Part shown: in pieces, positions 48,943 through 56,303 of the stretch
Layout: the number at the start of each line of letters is the position of its first letter
How positions within the stretch are numbered: position 1 is the first letter of the stretch
DNA from: a virus
Taxonomy: Duplodnaviria > Caudoviricetes
Reading direction: 5' to 3' (one strand)
DNA: 61,836 nucleotides
Virus record (IMG/VR): IMGVR_UViG_3300042386_001217
Coordinates: 1-61,836 of that record
Made by a program: the position numbers and the translations under genes
The notes under the pieces: generated by a model
Database searches by the model: none
Seen by the model: only the letters and a program-made list of their open reading frames with translations
Told to the model about the DNA's origin: nothing

Positions 48943-49641
48943 ATGAAAAAATCAAAATTGTCTTTGAATGAAGAACTAAAAACTATAAGAAGACTTTCAG
49001 GGTTAAATGAAGGTTTGGTCGATGATATCGTAGATAAACTAAAATCATTTGGTGGTTCTGTGGTTGATAAATTTGAAGATTACATTGACAGTGATTCTGA
49101 AGATAATAAAGAAGAAAAAAAAGATGGTGAAAAGTCTATGGTTGACAAGATTAAGAATTTCTTTTCCGATAATGAGGAAATTGAGACTAAAGTTGAGAAA
49201 ATTGTTTGGCCAACATGTAACTCTGATAGTAAAATCACAAGTGATTTTGATGAGATGAGAGGTTCTGAACAACACAAAGGTGTTGATATCAATGTAAATT
49301 CAGGGACAAAAATTGTTAGTCCTTTTGATGGTAAGGTTGAAGTCGCATCGTTTACCAACGACAGATGTGGTGGTATGATACAAATAAAACAGGTTGACTC
49401 AATAACAAAAGAAAAGACAAGTATGTCTGCGAAATTCTGTCATATGAAACAAATTGATGTTTCAGTGGGAGATACTGTAATGGCTGGTGAAGTAGTTGGA
49501 TTATCAGGGGGAGGTGCAAGTGATAAAGGTGCTGGAAATTCAAAAGGAGCTCACTTACATTTTGAACTTTTAGACGGGAATAGACATGTTAACCCTGAAA
49601 AAACAATAAAAGACAAAAAATTTTGTCCAAAACCAAATTAA
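48943..49641 (+). CDS. M23 family peptidase
   Basis: HKGVDI, FCHM, HLHFE, VNP; ATG 48943 follows TATTTAT. Confidence 0.9.
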   Translation: MKKSKLSLNEELKTIRRLSGLNEGLVDDIVDKLKSFGGSVVDKFEDYIDSDSEDNKEEKKDGEKSMVDKIKNFFSDNEEIETKVEKIVWPTCNSDSKITSDFDEMRGSEQHKGVDINVNSGTKIVSPFDGKVEVASFTNDRCGGMIQIKQVDSITKEKTSMSAKFCHMKQIDVSVGDTVMAGEVVGLSGGGASDKGAGNSKGAHLHFELLDGNRHVNPEKTIKDKKFCPKPN

Positions 49642-49643
49642 TT

Positions 49644-49674
49644 TTTGACTTTTAAAAAAACTTTTGTAACTTTG
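49644..49674 (+). promoter_or_regulatory. Bacteroidetes-type promoter of tRNA operon 1
   Basis: TTTG (49644) - 19 nt - TAACTTTG (49667). Confidence 0.75.
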
Positions 49675-49700
49675 TACCATATTTAATAGAAAACAAAACA

Positions 49701-49796
49701 ATGACACTCGTAAACAAACATATTGTGAAACAATTTATTCAATTCTGTCAGAATTGGTATGTTCGCACATATGCAAGTTCGGGTGACCTAGGTTAA
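49701..49796 (+). CDS. Putative attenuator leader peptide 1 (MTLVNKHIVKQFIQFCQNWYVRTYASSGDLG)
   Basis: 31-codon ORF between promoter and terminator; contains all ten amino acids of the downstream tRNAs; its 3' part overlaps the antiterminator strand. Confidence 0.8.
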   Translation: MTLVNKHIVKQFIQFCQNWYVRTYASSGDLG

Positions 49797-49856
49797 TAAA
49801 AAACAGCCTAAGATAAACAACCAACCCGAACTCACAAGGTTCGGGTTTTTTGTTTT
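49776..49856 (+). promoter_or_regulatory. Antiterminator/terminator pair (attenuator 1)
   Basis: Terminator AACCCGAAC(49823)-loop-GTTCGGGTT plus U-tract; competing AGTTCGGGT (49776-49784) pairs with ACCCGAACT (49824-49832). Confidence 0.8.
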
Positions 49857-49857
49857 A

Positions 49858-49869
49858 GTTCTTTGACAT
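49858..49869 (+). promoter_or_regulatory. boxA-like antitermination site
   Basis: GTTCTTTGACAT, identical at 51995 and 57803. Confidence 0.65.
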
Positions 49870-49884
49870 ATTGGTAACCAAAAT

Positions 49885-49957
49885 GGACAGGTAGCTCAGG
49901 TGGTAGAGCACTGGACTGAAAATCCAGGTGTCGCGGGTTCAACTCCCGCCCTGTCCA
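49885..49957 (+). tRNA. tRNA-Phe(GAA)
   Basis: CTGGA-CT-GAA-AA-TCCAG. Confidence 0.95.
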
Positions 49958-49966
49958 CAAATACAT

Positions 49967-50043
49967 TGGTGATTAGCTCAGTTGGTTAGAGCACTACGCT
50001 GATACCGTAGGGGTCACAGGTTCAAGTCCTGTATCACCAACCA
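49967..50043 (+). tRNA. tRNA-Ile(GAT)
   Basis: CTACG-CT-GAT-AC-CGTAG; CCA encoded. Confidence 0.93.
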
Positions 50044-50048
50044 TAAAT

Positions 50049-50119
50049 TACCCTTTCGTCTAATGGCAGGACAAGTGGTTTTGGTCCACTGAATGGAGGT
50101 TCGAGTCCTTCAGGGGTAA
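50049..50119 (+). tRNA. tRNA-Gln(TTG)
   Basis: AGTGG-TT-TTG-GT-CCACT. Confidence 0.92.
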
Positions 50120-50125
50120 CAATAT

Positions 50126-50200
50126 GACCTTATAGCTCAATTGGCTTAGAGCACTACACTTTTAATGTAGGGGTTTCGGGTTCGAGTCCCGATGGGGTCA
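50126..50200 (+). tRNA. tRNA-Lys(TTT)
   Basis: CTACA-CT-TTT-AA-TGTAG. Confidence 0.94.
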
Positions 50201-50202
50201 CA

Positions 50203-50327
50203 AAGGTTGATTGGGGAATCCCACAATGTTAACGTGTCGGTAGTTCGTTGTTGTGGGGGAGTTTGAACTGTCATAGTAATGCCAATCGTAAAAGGAGTCG
50301 TCCACTGAACCATCTTCTCTTTACCTT
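50203..50327 (+). ncRNA. Putative structured RNA between tRNAs
   Basis: Closing stem AAGGT..GGGGAA / TTCTCT..ACCTT; inner CCCACAAT/GTTGTGGG; GC-rich, no credible ORF. Confidence 0.4.
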
Positions 50328-50331
50328 ATTT

Positions 50332-50403
50332 AGTTCCTTAGCTCAGCGGGAGAGCACTTGGCTTACATCCAAGGAGTCGTTGGTTCGAATCCAACAGGAA
50401 CTA
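50332..50403 (+). tRNA. tRNA-Val(TAC)
   Basis: CTTGG-CT-TAC-AT-CCAAG. Confidence 0.93.
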
Positions 50404-50466
50404 CGGAGTTTCCCCACACTTCCACATGGCAGTCGGTCCGTTAATCCGATGAAGTGGGGAATATTT

Positions 50467-50548
50467 GCCAGTATCGCATAGCGGCAATTGCACTTGACTG
50501 TAAATCAAGCCTCTTTTGAGTTCGTAGGTTCGAGTCCTACTGCTGGCA
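50467..50548 (+). tRNA. tRNA-Tyr(GTA)
   Basis: CTTGA-CT-GTA-AA-TCAAG; long variable arm. Confidence 0.93.
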
Positions 50549-50558
50549 CAAAATATAA

Positions 50559-50632
50559 GTCCATATGCCTGAGTGGTTCAAAGGGGCGGTCTGCAAAACC
50601 GTTATTCGTTGGTTCAAATCCAACTGTGGACT
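50559..50632 (+). tRNA. tRNA-Cys(GCA)
   Basis: GCGGT-CT-GCA-AA-ACCGT; U73. Confidence 0.92.
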
Positions 50633-50642
50633 CAAAATACAT

Positions 50643-50715
50643 GGTGTCTGTAGTTCAGAGGAAGAACACTTGGTTGTGGTCCAAGATGTCGTGGGTTCGA
50701 TTCCCATCAGTCACC
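50643..50715 (+). tRNA. tRNA-His(GTG)
   Basis: CTTGG-TT-GTG-GT-CCAAG; G-1:C73. Confidence 0.92.
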
Positions 50716-50722
50716 CAAAATT

Positions 50723-50794
50723 GGTTCTTTAGTTCAATGGACAGAACATGTGGCTACGGACTACAAAATGAGGGTTCGAGTCCTTCAGGAACCA
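50723..50794 (+). tRNA. tRNA-Arg(ACG)
   Basis: TGTGG-CT-ACG-GA-CTACA. Confidence 0.92.
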
Positions 50795-50802
50795 CATTAT
50801 AC

Positions 50803-50873
50803 AGGCCAGTAGTGAAAGGGTATCACCACAGTCTCCAAAACTGTTATTGGCGGTTCGAATCCGTCCTGGTCTG
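50803..50873 (+). tRNA. tRNA-Trp(CCA)
   Basis: ACAGT-CT-CCA-AA-ACTGT; G73. Confidence 0.92.
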
Positions 50874-50919
50874 CAAAACAATTTTTGGTATTGTCAAGTT
50901 TTTTCTTTAACTTTGTAGT

Positions 50920-51462
50920 ATGGAAAAAGAAATAATATCTGAAATGGTTGATGATATGATTAATAGTTTTGGACTTTTCCAATCTGAAAACGAGAATTTC
51001 AAAACTACATTCAGTTATGAATTTTTGGGATATTGGAACAATAAATTAAGTATTGCTTTAGTTACTGAAGTTGACTGTATGGAAGTTTATCGTAATAACG
51101 ATAATGTACCTGAATTTCAGTACATTAGACGTAAAATAGACAAGGATATCAAAACCATCGAGAAATATGGTATTGTAGATAATCACCCATACACTCACAC
51201 ACACTTAATAAGAAAAAATTTTGAATTTTGGAAAAATACTGAATTGAAAAAATTGAAAAAAAGGGTTAAAGAACGTTTTGGTAAATATGTTCACGCAATC
51301 AGAGTAGATTTTGATAGTAACTATACTTTGTTTCCACGACTCAAAGTAATATTCAGTAGAGAATATTCAAATTGGGGTAATACGAGATATGACGCAATTA
51401 GAGAAATTCAAAATTTAATGTCTGAACTTGGATTCTCTAAACAGATAAGACTTAATTGGTAA
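50920..51462 (+). CDS. Hypothetical protein
   Basis: 180 aa after TAACTTTG. Confidence 0.75.
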   Translation: MEKEIISEMVDDMINSFGLFQSENENFKTTFSYEFLGYWNNKLSIALVTEVDCMEVYRNNDNVPEFQYIRRKIDKDIKTIEKYGIVDNHPYTHTHLIRKNFEFWKNTELKKLKKRVKERFGKYVHAIRVDFDSNYTLFPRLKVIFSREYSNWGNTRYDAIREIQNLMSELGFSKQIRLNW

Positions 51463-51498
51463 TTTTGCCGTTTAACTTTTTTGCCGTATCTTTGTAGT

Positions 51499-51975
51499 AT
51501 GGAAGTTCAATATATCAGCAGCGTTAAAGGTATCAAAGGTTATGCGGAATCACAAATCGCAAAGGGTGAAACCAATGACTGTGTTGTTAGAGCATTTGCA
51601 TCTTCATTTGAAATGGAATACGACGAAGCTCACAAGATTGTTGCAACCGAATTCAAGCGTAAACCAAGAAAAGGTACATTTGGTTTTGCAACAAAAATGA
51701 ACTTGTTCGCACAAAACGAAACCAAATTCAACGATAAGGGTGTAACTAAAATTTCACACGAACACAACACCATGTGTTACTACGTAAATGTTAAAGGTGT
51801 GAAAACCTTGAGAAATTGTACCTTGAATTACTTCCTTAAAAATTATGGTCAGGGTACTTACGTTGTTATTGTTCGTGGTCATGCGTTTACAGTTAAAGAT
51901 GGTGCGGTGATTGGTAACTCAGAAGATGCAAAAAAGACAAAGAAACACATCGTAGGTGCTTGGAAAATAGGTTAA
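51499..51975 (+). CDS. Hypothetical phage protein (NDCVVRA...GHA motif)
   Basis: ATG 51499 after TATCTTTG; Cys/His motif pair. Confidence 0.78.
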   Translation: MEVQYISSVKGIKGYAESQIAKGETNDCVVRAFASSFEMEYDEAHKIVATEFKRKPRKGTFGFATKMNLFAQNETKFNDKGVTKISHEHNTMCYYVNVKGVKTLRNCTLNYFLKNYGQGTYVVIVRGHAFTVKDGAVIGNSEDAKKTKKHIVGAWKIG

Positions 51976-52017
51976 TACTTTCTACCTTTGTAAGGTTCTT
52001 TGACATCTTGAAATAAT

Positions 52018-52102
52018 ACCGAAGTGGCGTAAAGGTAGCCGCGTTAGTCTTAGGAACTAATGTCTTCGTGACGTGTGGGTTCGATTCCCACCTTCGGTAC
52101 CA
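52018..52102 (+). tRNA. tRNA-Leu(TAG)
   Basis: TTAGT-CT-TAG-GA-ACTAA; long variable arm; CCA encoded. Confidence 0.93.
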
Positions 52103-52105
52103 AAT

Positions 52106-52186
52106 ATCAGTGTGGTGTAACGGTAGCCACGGTTGTCTCAAAAGCAACTCCCTCACGGGGTGTAGGTTCGATTCCTACCACTGATA
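52106..52186 (+). tRNA. tRNA-Leu(CAA)
   Basis: GTTGT-CT-CAA-AA-GCAAC; long variable arm. Confidence 0.9.
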
Positions 52187-52191
52187 CAAAT

Positions 52192-52273
52192 TGGCAGGTA
52201 GCCTAGAGGCCAGGCAGCAGACTGTTAATCTGCGACTTAAATGTCTACGTGGGTTCGATTCCCACCCTGTCAG
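52192..52273 (+). tRNA. tRNA-Asn(GTT), atypical (long variable arm, G3:U70)
   Basis: GCAGA-CT-GTT-AA-TCTGC; variable GAC-TTAAAT-GTC-TAC; acceptor TGGCAGG/CCTGTCA-G. Confidence 0.85.
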
Positions 52274-52372
52274 CAACGTGAGACTAAGACACAGAAACAA
52301 TATCAGGTCAGTGGAGGGGAAACCCGTAGAAGCGTTTTAACACTTGATAAGTAACGGATACCTCACCATTTT

Positions 52373-52488
52373 GGTCAACTACGTAATGCGGGAAGGTACC
52401 CAAATCCTGAAGACACTACGGTCCATAACCATTTGGACGCGAGACGTTGTAAGGTTGTCTAGTGCAGGTTCGAGTCCTGTGTTGACCA
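52373..52488 (+). ncRNA. tRNA-like RNA with expanded body
   Basis: Acceptor GGTCAAC/GTTGACC-A and T-arm GCAGG-TTCGAGT-CCTGT; no canonical D or anticodon arm. Confidence 0.65.
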
Positions 52489-52687
52489 AGAGAGCTAACC
52501 CAGCTTCACAATGAAGGCTAATACCGTCGGAGTGGGGGTGACGGTCAGGAAAGACTGACTTTTTTAAATAAAAGTTTGGCAGATTAAAAAATCTGTTGTA
52601 ATTTTGTATCAGAATATGGGGGGACGGTTGTTGGTGAAGTTGGTGGACCGTCCTCCCTGTCTGTTAAGTTATTTGAAATAAAGATAT

Positions 52688-52825
52688 TGATAGTGGTCAC
52701 TCTTACAATGAAAGTCGACAAAGTAATTGTAAGGTTCATAGTGTTCAGCACCCTCTGCCAAGGCCTTGAGAAAACTCAAAAGAAGCAGTTAAGATTGGGA
52801 CGAGACGGGTATCCCATCACTATCA
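52688..52825 (+). ncRNA. Putative multi-stem ncRNA
   Basis: Closing stem TGATAGTGGT/ATCACTATCA enclosing CTTACAAT/ATTGTAAG, TTGAG/CTCAA and TGGGA/TCCCA. Confidence 0.55.
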
Positions 52826-52831
52826 TAATAT

Positions 52832-52924
52832 AGTCAGGTGGCGGAATGGTAGACGCTCGCTTCAAGGTGCGGATAGTCAACGAAATGTAAAGCTAACGTA
52901 CAGGTTCGAATCCTGTCCTGACTA
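52832..52924 (+). ncRNA. tRNA-like repeat copy 1
   Basis: AGTCAGG TGGCGGAATGGTAGACGC ... ACAGGTTCGAATCCTGT CCTGACT A. Confidence 0.75.
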
Positions 52925-53002
52925 CGAATGTTCAATAGTGGTAATTACGGGTCCGCCTCCTTGCCTGGAAATATACACTGGACAAATTAAGGGAGGCAAC
53001 AT

Positions 53003-53115
53003 AGTCAGGTGGCGGAGAGGTAAACGCCCCGAATAGTGAAACGGAGTGGAATAAACCGCAGTATAGTTGAGATACACACAAGGTCCACATGCAGGTTCGA
53101 GTCCTGTCCTGACTA
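53003..53115 (+). ncRNA. tRNA-like repeat copy 2
   Basis: AGTCAGG TGGCGGAGAGGTAAACGC ... GCAGGTTCGAGTCCTGT CCTGACT A. Confidence 0.75.
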
Positions 53116-53257
53116 CAGACTCTCATCTATAGCTGTGTAGAGAACTGATGAGAATTGTTGGAGGACACAGACCTCACGAACAGTGGTTTAGGGCGAAGGT
53201 AGCACCCCTATCACGAAGAGTACCAAAAACCAAATGGTTTAAAAGCTCTTCAAACAT

Positions 53258-53334
53258 AGTCAGGTGGTGGAATGGTTAACACACCCACGTCGTGGACTAA
53301 GCGCAATTTACAGGTTCGAATCCTGTCCTGACTA
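53258..53334 (+). ncRNA. tRNA-like repeat copy 3
   Basis: AGTCAGG TGGTGGAATGGTTAACAC ... ACAGGTTCGAATCCTGT CCTGACT A. Confidence 0.75.
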
Positions 53335-53534
53335 CACGTTCCGAGACACTACAACGGATAGTGTGCCCAACACGATGAGAAACGGAGTGATGACCGTATG
53401 GGAACCTACATTGGAGTGGATGGGGATAACTCCTGAGCAAGTCAGCTCGACCTCGTAAGGACAAATGATTATTCCTAACCTAGTAATAGGGACAGCCATA
53501 ACACTTGTAAGTTGGATAGAATAGAGTGTTACAT

Positions 53535-53644
53535 AGTCAGGTGGTGGAATGCTAAGGGTAGAGTGATGATTGATTGGAAGACATTAAGTTGACACCCATT
53601 CGATACGTAGCTTAATACAGGTTCGAATCCTGTCCTGACTACCA
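53535..53644 (+). ncRNA. tRNA-like repeat copy 4 (CCA encoded)
   Basis: AGTCAGG TGGTGGAATG ... ACAGGTTCGAATCCTGT CCTGACT ACCA. Confidence 0.75.
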
Positions 53645-53646
53645 AT

Positions 53647-53886
53647 ATGGACACAAAATATATTATTACTGAATCAGGAAACATTGTTGTGTTTGGTCCC
53701 GTATTCAATCATTCGGATTTCAGACATATGAATCCTGTAAGAGCTGGATTTATTTCTTTTGGTGTAAATAAAGACGGAAATCCAACCTGTTCTTGTTATG
53801 GTAAAAGTATTAGTTTGGGTATGGAATCAGACCCAGAACTTGATACAAGAATTGCAAAATTTCAGTTGGATTTAATGGATTATTAA
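53647..53886 (+). CDS. Hypothetical protein inside the tRNA-like array
   Basis: 79 aa; F.H......AGF........CYG.S.SL...S pattern. Confidence 0.75.
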   Translation: MDTKYIITESGNIVVFGPVFNHSDFRHMNPVRAGFISFGVNKDGNPTCSCYGKSISLGMESDPELDTRIAKFQLDLMDY

Positions 53887-53910
53887 AAATAATTATCCTA
53901 TAATTATGTC

Positions 53911-54027
53911 AGTCAGATGGCGAAACGGAAGACGCTTAGTCCAGTGAAGTGAAAATTATAAGTAACAGAGGACGAATACCGTAACTGCAGTAATTCGGTT
54001 CTACAGGTTCAAGTCCTGTTCTGACTA
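53911..54027 (+). ncRNA. tRNA-like repeat copy 5
   Basis: AGTCAGA/TCTGACT (compensatory change), TGGCGAAACGGAAGACGC, ACAGGTTCAAGTCCTGT. Confidence 0.75.
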
Positions 54028-54029
54028 CA

Positions 54030-54520
54030 AAAGACCCCACAATTAACAGAAGTACTCGTCTGTTATGGTGTGTGAACCCGACTGGAAGTCTTCGGGGCTA
54101 TGGGGGATAGATACACAGAGTGAAACACATATAACCTCTTATAAACGGGGTTCATTGGGAAGGGGAAGTTCTTCTTAAGTATGTGGGAATCTCAAAACAA
54201 ACAGAGTTCCCCAATTATGGATTAAGGGGGTGAGGGGCTTTAATTAGTCGTAATAGAATCCACAAGTTGTAGAAATACTGGACAATTCTACAATATACAC
54301 TCATATCTTCCGAGTGAGACTCCCACGTAACTATGGGGGTAGGGTCGAAGATGTCCTGAGGGTAGCACTGAACGCTGTATTGAAAACTCTATGACTAATC
54401 GATTAGATAAGTAAATATGGACGGAGTGTGAGAGTACAGGTCTGACGTGGATGGTTACTAAGTCCTATCGTATCGTAGGAATATCGTCAGAAATATATTA
54501 CGGATAATATCTAACAACTT
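54030..54520 (+). ncRNA. Putative structured non-coding RNA region
   Basis: ~490 nt, relatively GC-rich, no ORF in the track, many stems (TAACAGA/TCTGTTA, TTGTAGAA/TTCTACAA, ACACTC/GAGTGT, TCTGACG/CGTCAGA). Confidence 0.45.
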
Positions 54521-54567
54521 AAAGGGTACTTCTGTAAATCCGCAGAGATGATACAGTACCCTTTTTT
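54521..54567 (+). terminator. Terminator-like hairpin ending the RNA region
   Basis: AAAGGGTACT...AGTACCCTTTTTT. Confidence 0.6.
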
Positions 54568-54608
54568 ATTTTCTTTGGTTACTTTGTATTTATCATTAAG
54601 TTCAAGGT

Positions 54609-55550
54609 ATGCCGAAAGTAAACGGAGTCGATACTTCAAGTATCAGTAAGGTAAATGGTATTTTAAAAACAAATATATCCAAATTAAATGGGATATCTGG
54701 TTTATTTGATGCATCACCAACACCAACGCCAACAAATACTCCAACTCCAAGTATTACACCGACAAGAACTGTTACACCAACGGTGACTCCTTCAATAACA
54801 CCAAGTATTACACCGACAAGAACTGTTACACCAACGGTGACTCCTTCAATAACACCAAGTATTACACCGACAAGAACTGTTACACCATCAGTTACACCAT
54901 CAATAACACCATCAGTTACACCATCAATAAGTGTTTCACCAACAAGAACACCAACTGTTACACCATCAGTTACACCATCAATAAGTGTTTCTCCAACAAG
55001 AACACCAACTGTTACACCAACAAGAACTCCTACCGTTACACCTACCGTAACACCTTCACCATCCGCTGCTGCATGTAACGATGTTAATGCAACATATGGT
55101 TCAACAGGTCAAGAATTTACTTACTGTCCACAAAACGTAACTGTTTCGTTAAATGGTACTAACTTGTCAAACGCAACTACAGTATTCGCATTTGGTTATG
55201 GTTGTGACCCTAATTTCTTGGCACCTGATGGATATTATGGTGACGGTTCAGGTAATTATGAATGGTCTGGAGGTGTGTTAACCCCGAATCCTACAATAGT
55301 TTTCGTAACTTGTAATACTGTAAACCTTTATACCGCACCTATGGCTAATGACATTTGTAATTGTATAGCACCTAACATACCATTTGGTCTTGATAGTACT
55401 CCATTAACATCCGCAAGTGCAATCTACACAGATTGTTGCACGGCAAATTTAGCAGGACCTGGTTGGTATTCAGAAAACTGTGGTACGGGTAGTATTGCTC
55501 GTGAATGGGATGGTACAGCATTTATTGGAGCACCATATACATGTCCATAA
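54609..55550 (+). CDS. Thr/Pro-repeat protein with Cys-rich C-terminal domain (possible virion fibre/decoration)
   Basis: KVNG repeats, long TPSIT/TPTVT linker, Cys-rich tail; TATTTAT upstream. Confidence 0.75.
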   Translation: MPKVNGVDTSSISKVNGILKTNISKLNGISGLFDASPTPTPTNTPTPSITPTRTVTPTVTPSITPSITPTRTVTPTVTPSITPSITPTRTVTPSVTPSITPSVTPSISVSPTRTPTVTPSVTPSISVSPTRTPTVTPTRTPTVTPTVTPSPSAAACNDVNATYGSTGQEFTYCPQNVTVSLNGTNLSNATTVFAFGYGCDPNFLAPDGYYGDGSGNYEWSGGVLTPNPTIVFVTCNTVNLYTAPMANDICNCIAPNIPFGLDSTPLTSASAIYTDCCTANLAGPGWYSENCGTGSIAREWDGTAFIGAPYTCP

Positions 55551-55586
55551 TTTGATATCTTAACTTTTTTATTTTAATTTTGTATT

Positions 55587-56180
55587 ATGAAATATACTGT
55601 AAACACCTATGGTTGGAGCATGGAAGCTCTTGGTAAATCACTAACTGACGAACAAGTTCAACTTATCAAAGAAAAAATGGTTGAAAAAGGTTATGATGAA
55701 ACATCAGAAATAAGATTTGAAGTTGAAGACTTTATGGAATTTGACCATTGGGATGGAGATTTGTTCCATGTTTCAAAAGCAATAGATAACCAAACATTAC
55801 ATTTTGAAATTGAAGATGAAAACGGAGAAAAGGTCGTTGCGTTTGGAATTGAAGATATTTCAAGACCATATGATGAAGATGGAAATGAAAAATATGAGTA
55901 TGATGAATTTTCTGCTTGGCCAAATGAAGAAACTTCAACAAACATTTGGTTAACAATCGATGAAAGTAAGGGTGGAGTTTTCACATACGAGATTGAATCT
56001 GAAGATGTTCCAAAACCTGAAGACTTTTCATACTCTATTGGTTGTGTTTCAACACCCGAAGGTGATTGGGATTATATCAACAATATCTATTTCAAGGGTC
56101 AAGAATTGGAAATAGTTGATTTCTTGGACAATACAGGAAAAGCGGCAACAATAGAAATTTTCACGTTAGAAGATATCTAA
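55587..56180 (+). CDS. Hypothetical acidic protein
   Basis: 197 aa after TAATTTTG. Confidence 0.78.
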   Translation: MKYTVNTYGWSMEALGKSLTDEQVQLIKEKMVEKGYDETSEIRFEVEDFMEFDHWDGDLFHVSKAIDNQTLHFEIEDENGEKVVAFGIEDISRPYDEDGNEKYEYDEFSAWPNEETSTNIWLTIDESKGGVFTYEIESEDVPKPEDFSYSIGCVSTPEGDWDYINNIYFKGQELEIVDFLDNTGKAATIEIFTLEDI

Positions 56181-56189
56181 TTGTTAAAA

Positions 56190-56263
56190 GGCGAGGTAGC
56201 TCAATTGGTCAGAGCGTCTGTTTCATACGCAGAAGGTTGTCAGTTCGATTCTGACCCTCGCTA
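56190..56263 (+). tRNA. tRNA with CAT anticodon (elongator Met; Ile2 not excluded)
   Basis: TCTGT-TT-CAT-AC-GCAGA; lacks initiator features. Confidence 0.88.
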
Positions 56264-56303
56264 CAAATTGATTATTAACAAATATTAACTTATATTTTAT
56301 TTA

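Noticed and set aside
50248-50982. Track ORFs over tRNA clusters (50248, 50488, 50797; also 51893, 52932, 53264, 58347, 58597)
   Set aside because: Overlap tRNA or tRNA-like genes; artefacts of higher GC content
51976-52017. Leader or attenuator before the Leu/Leu/Asn cluster
   Set aside because: Promoter and boxA-like site lead directly into the tRNA; no room for a leader ORF or terminator
52018-52102. tRNA with TAG as an amber suppressor
   Set aside because: TAG is the anticodon (reads CTA, Leu), not CTA
52832-54027. CRISPR array, or integration scars from duplicated tRNA 3' ends
   Set aside because: Spacing is irregular, no cas or integrase gene is in the window, and both 5' and 3' halves are kept with pairing, so the units are whole tRNA-like folds
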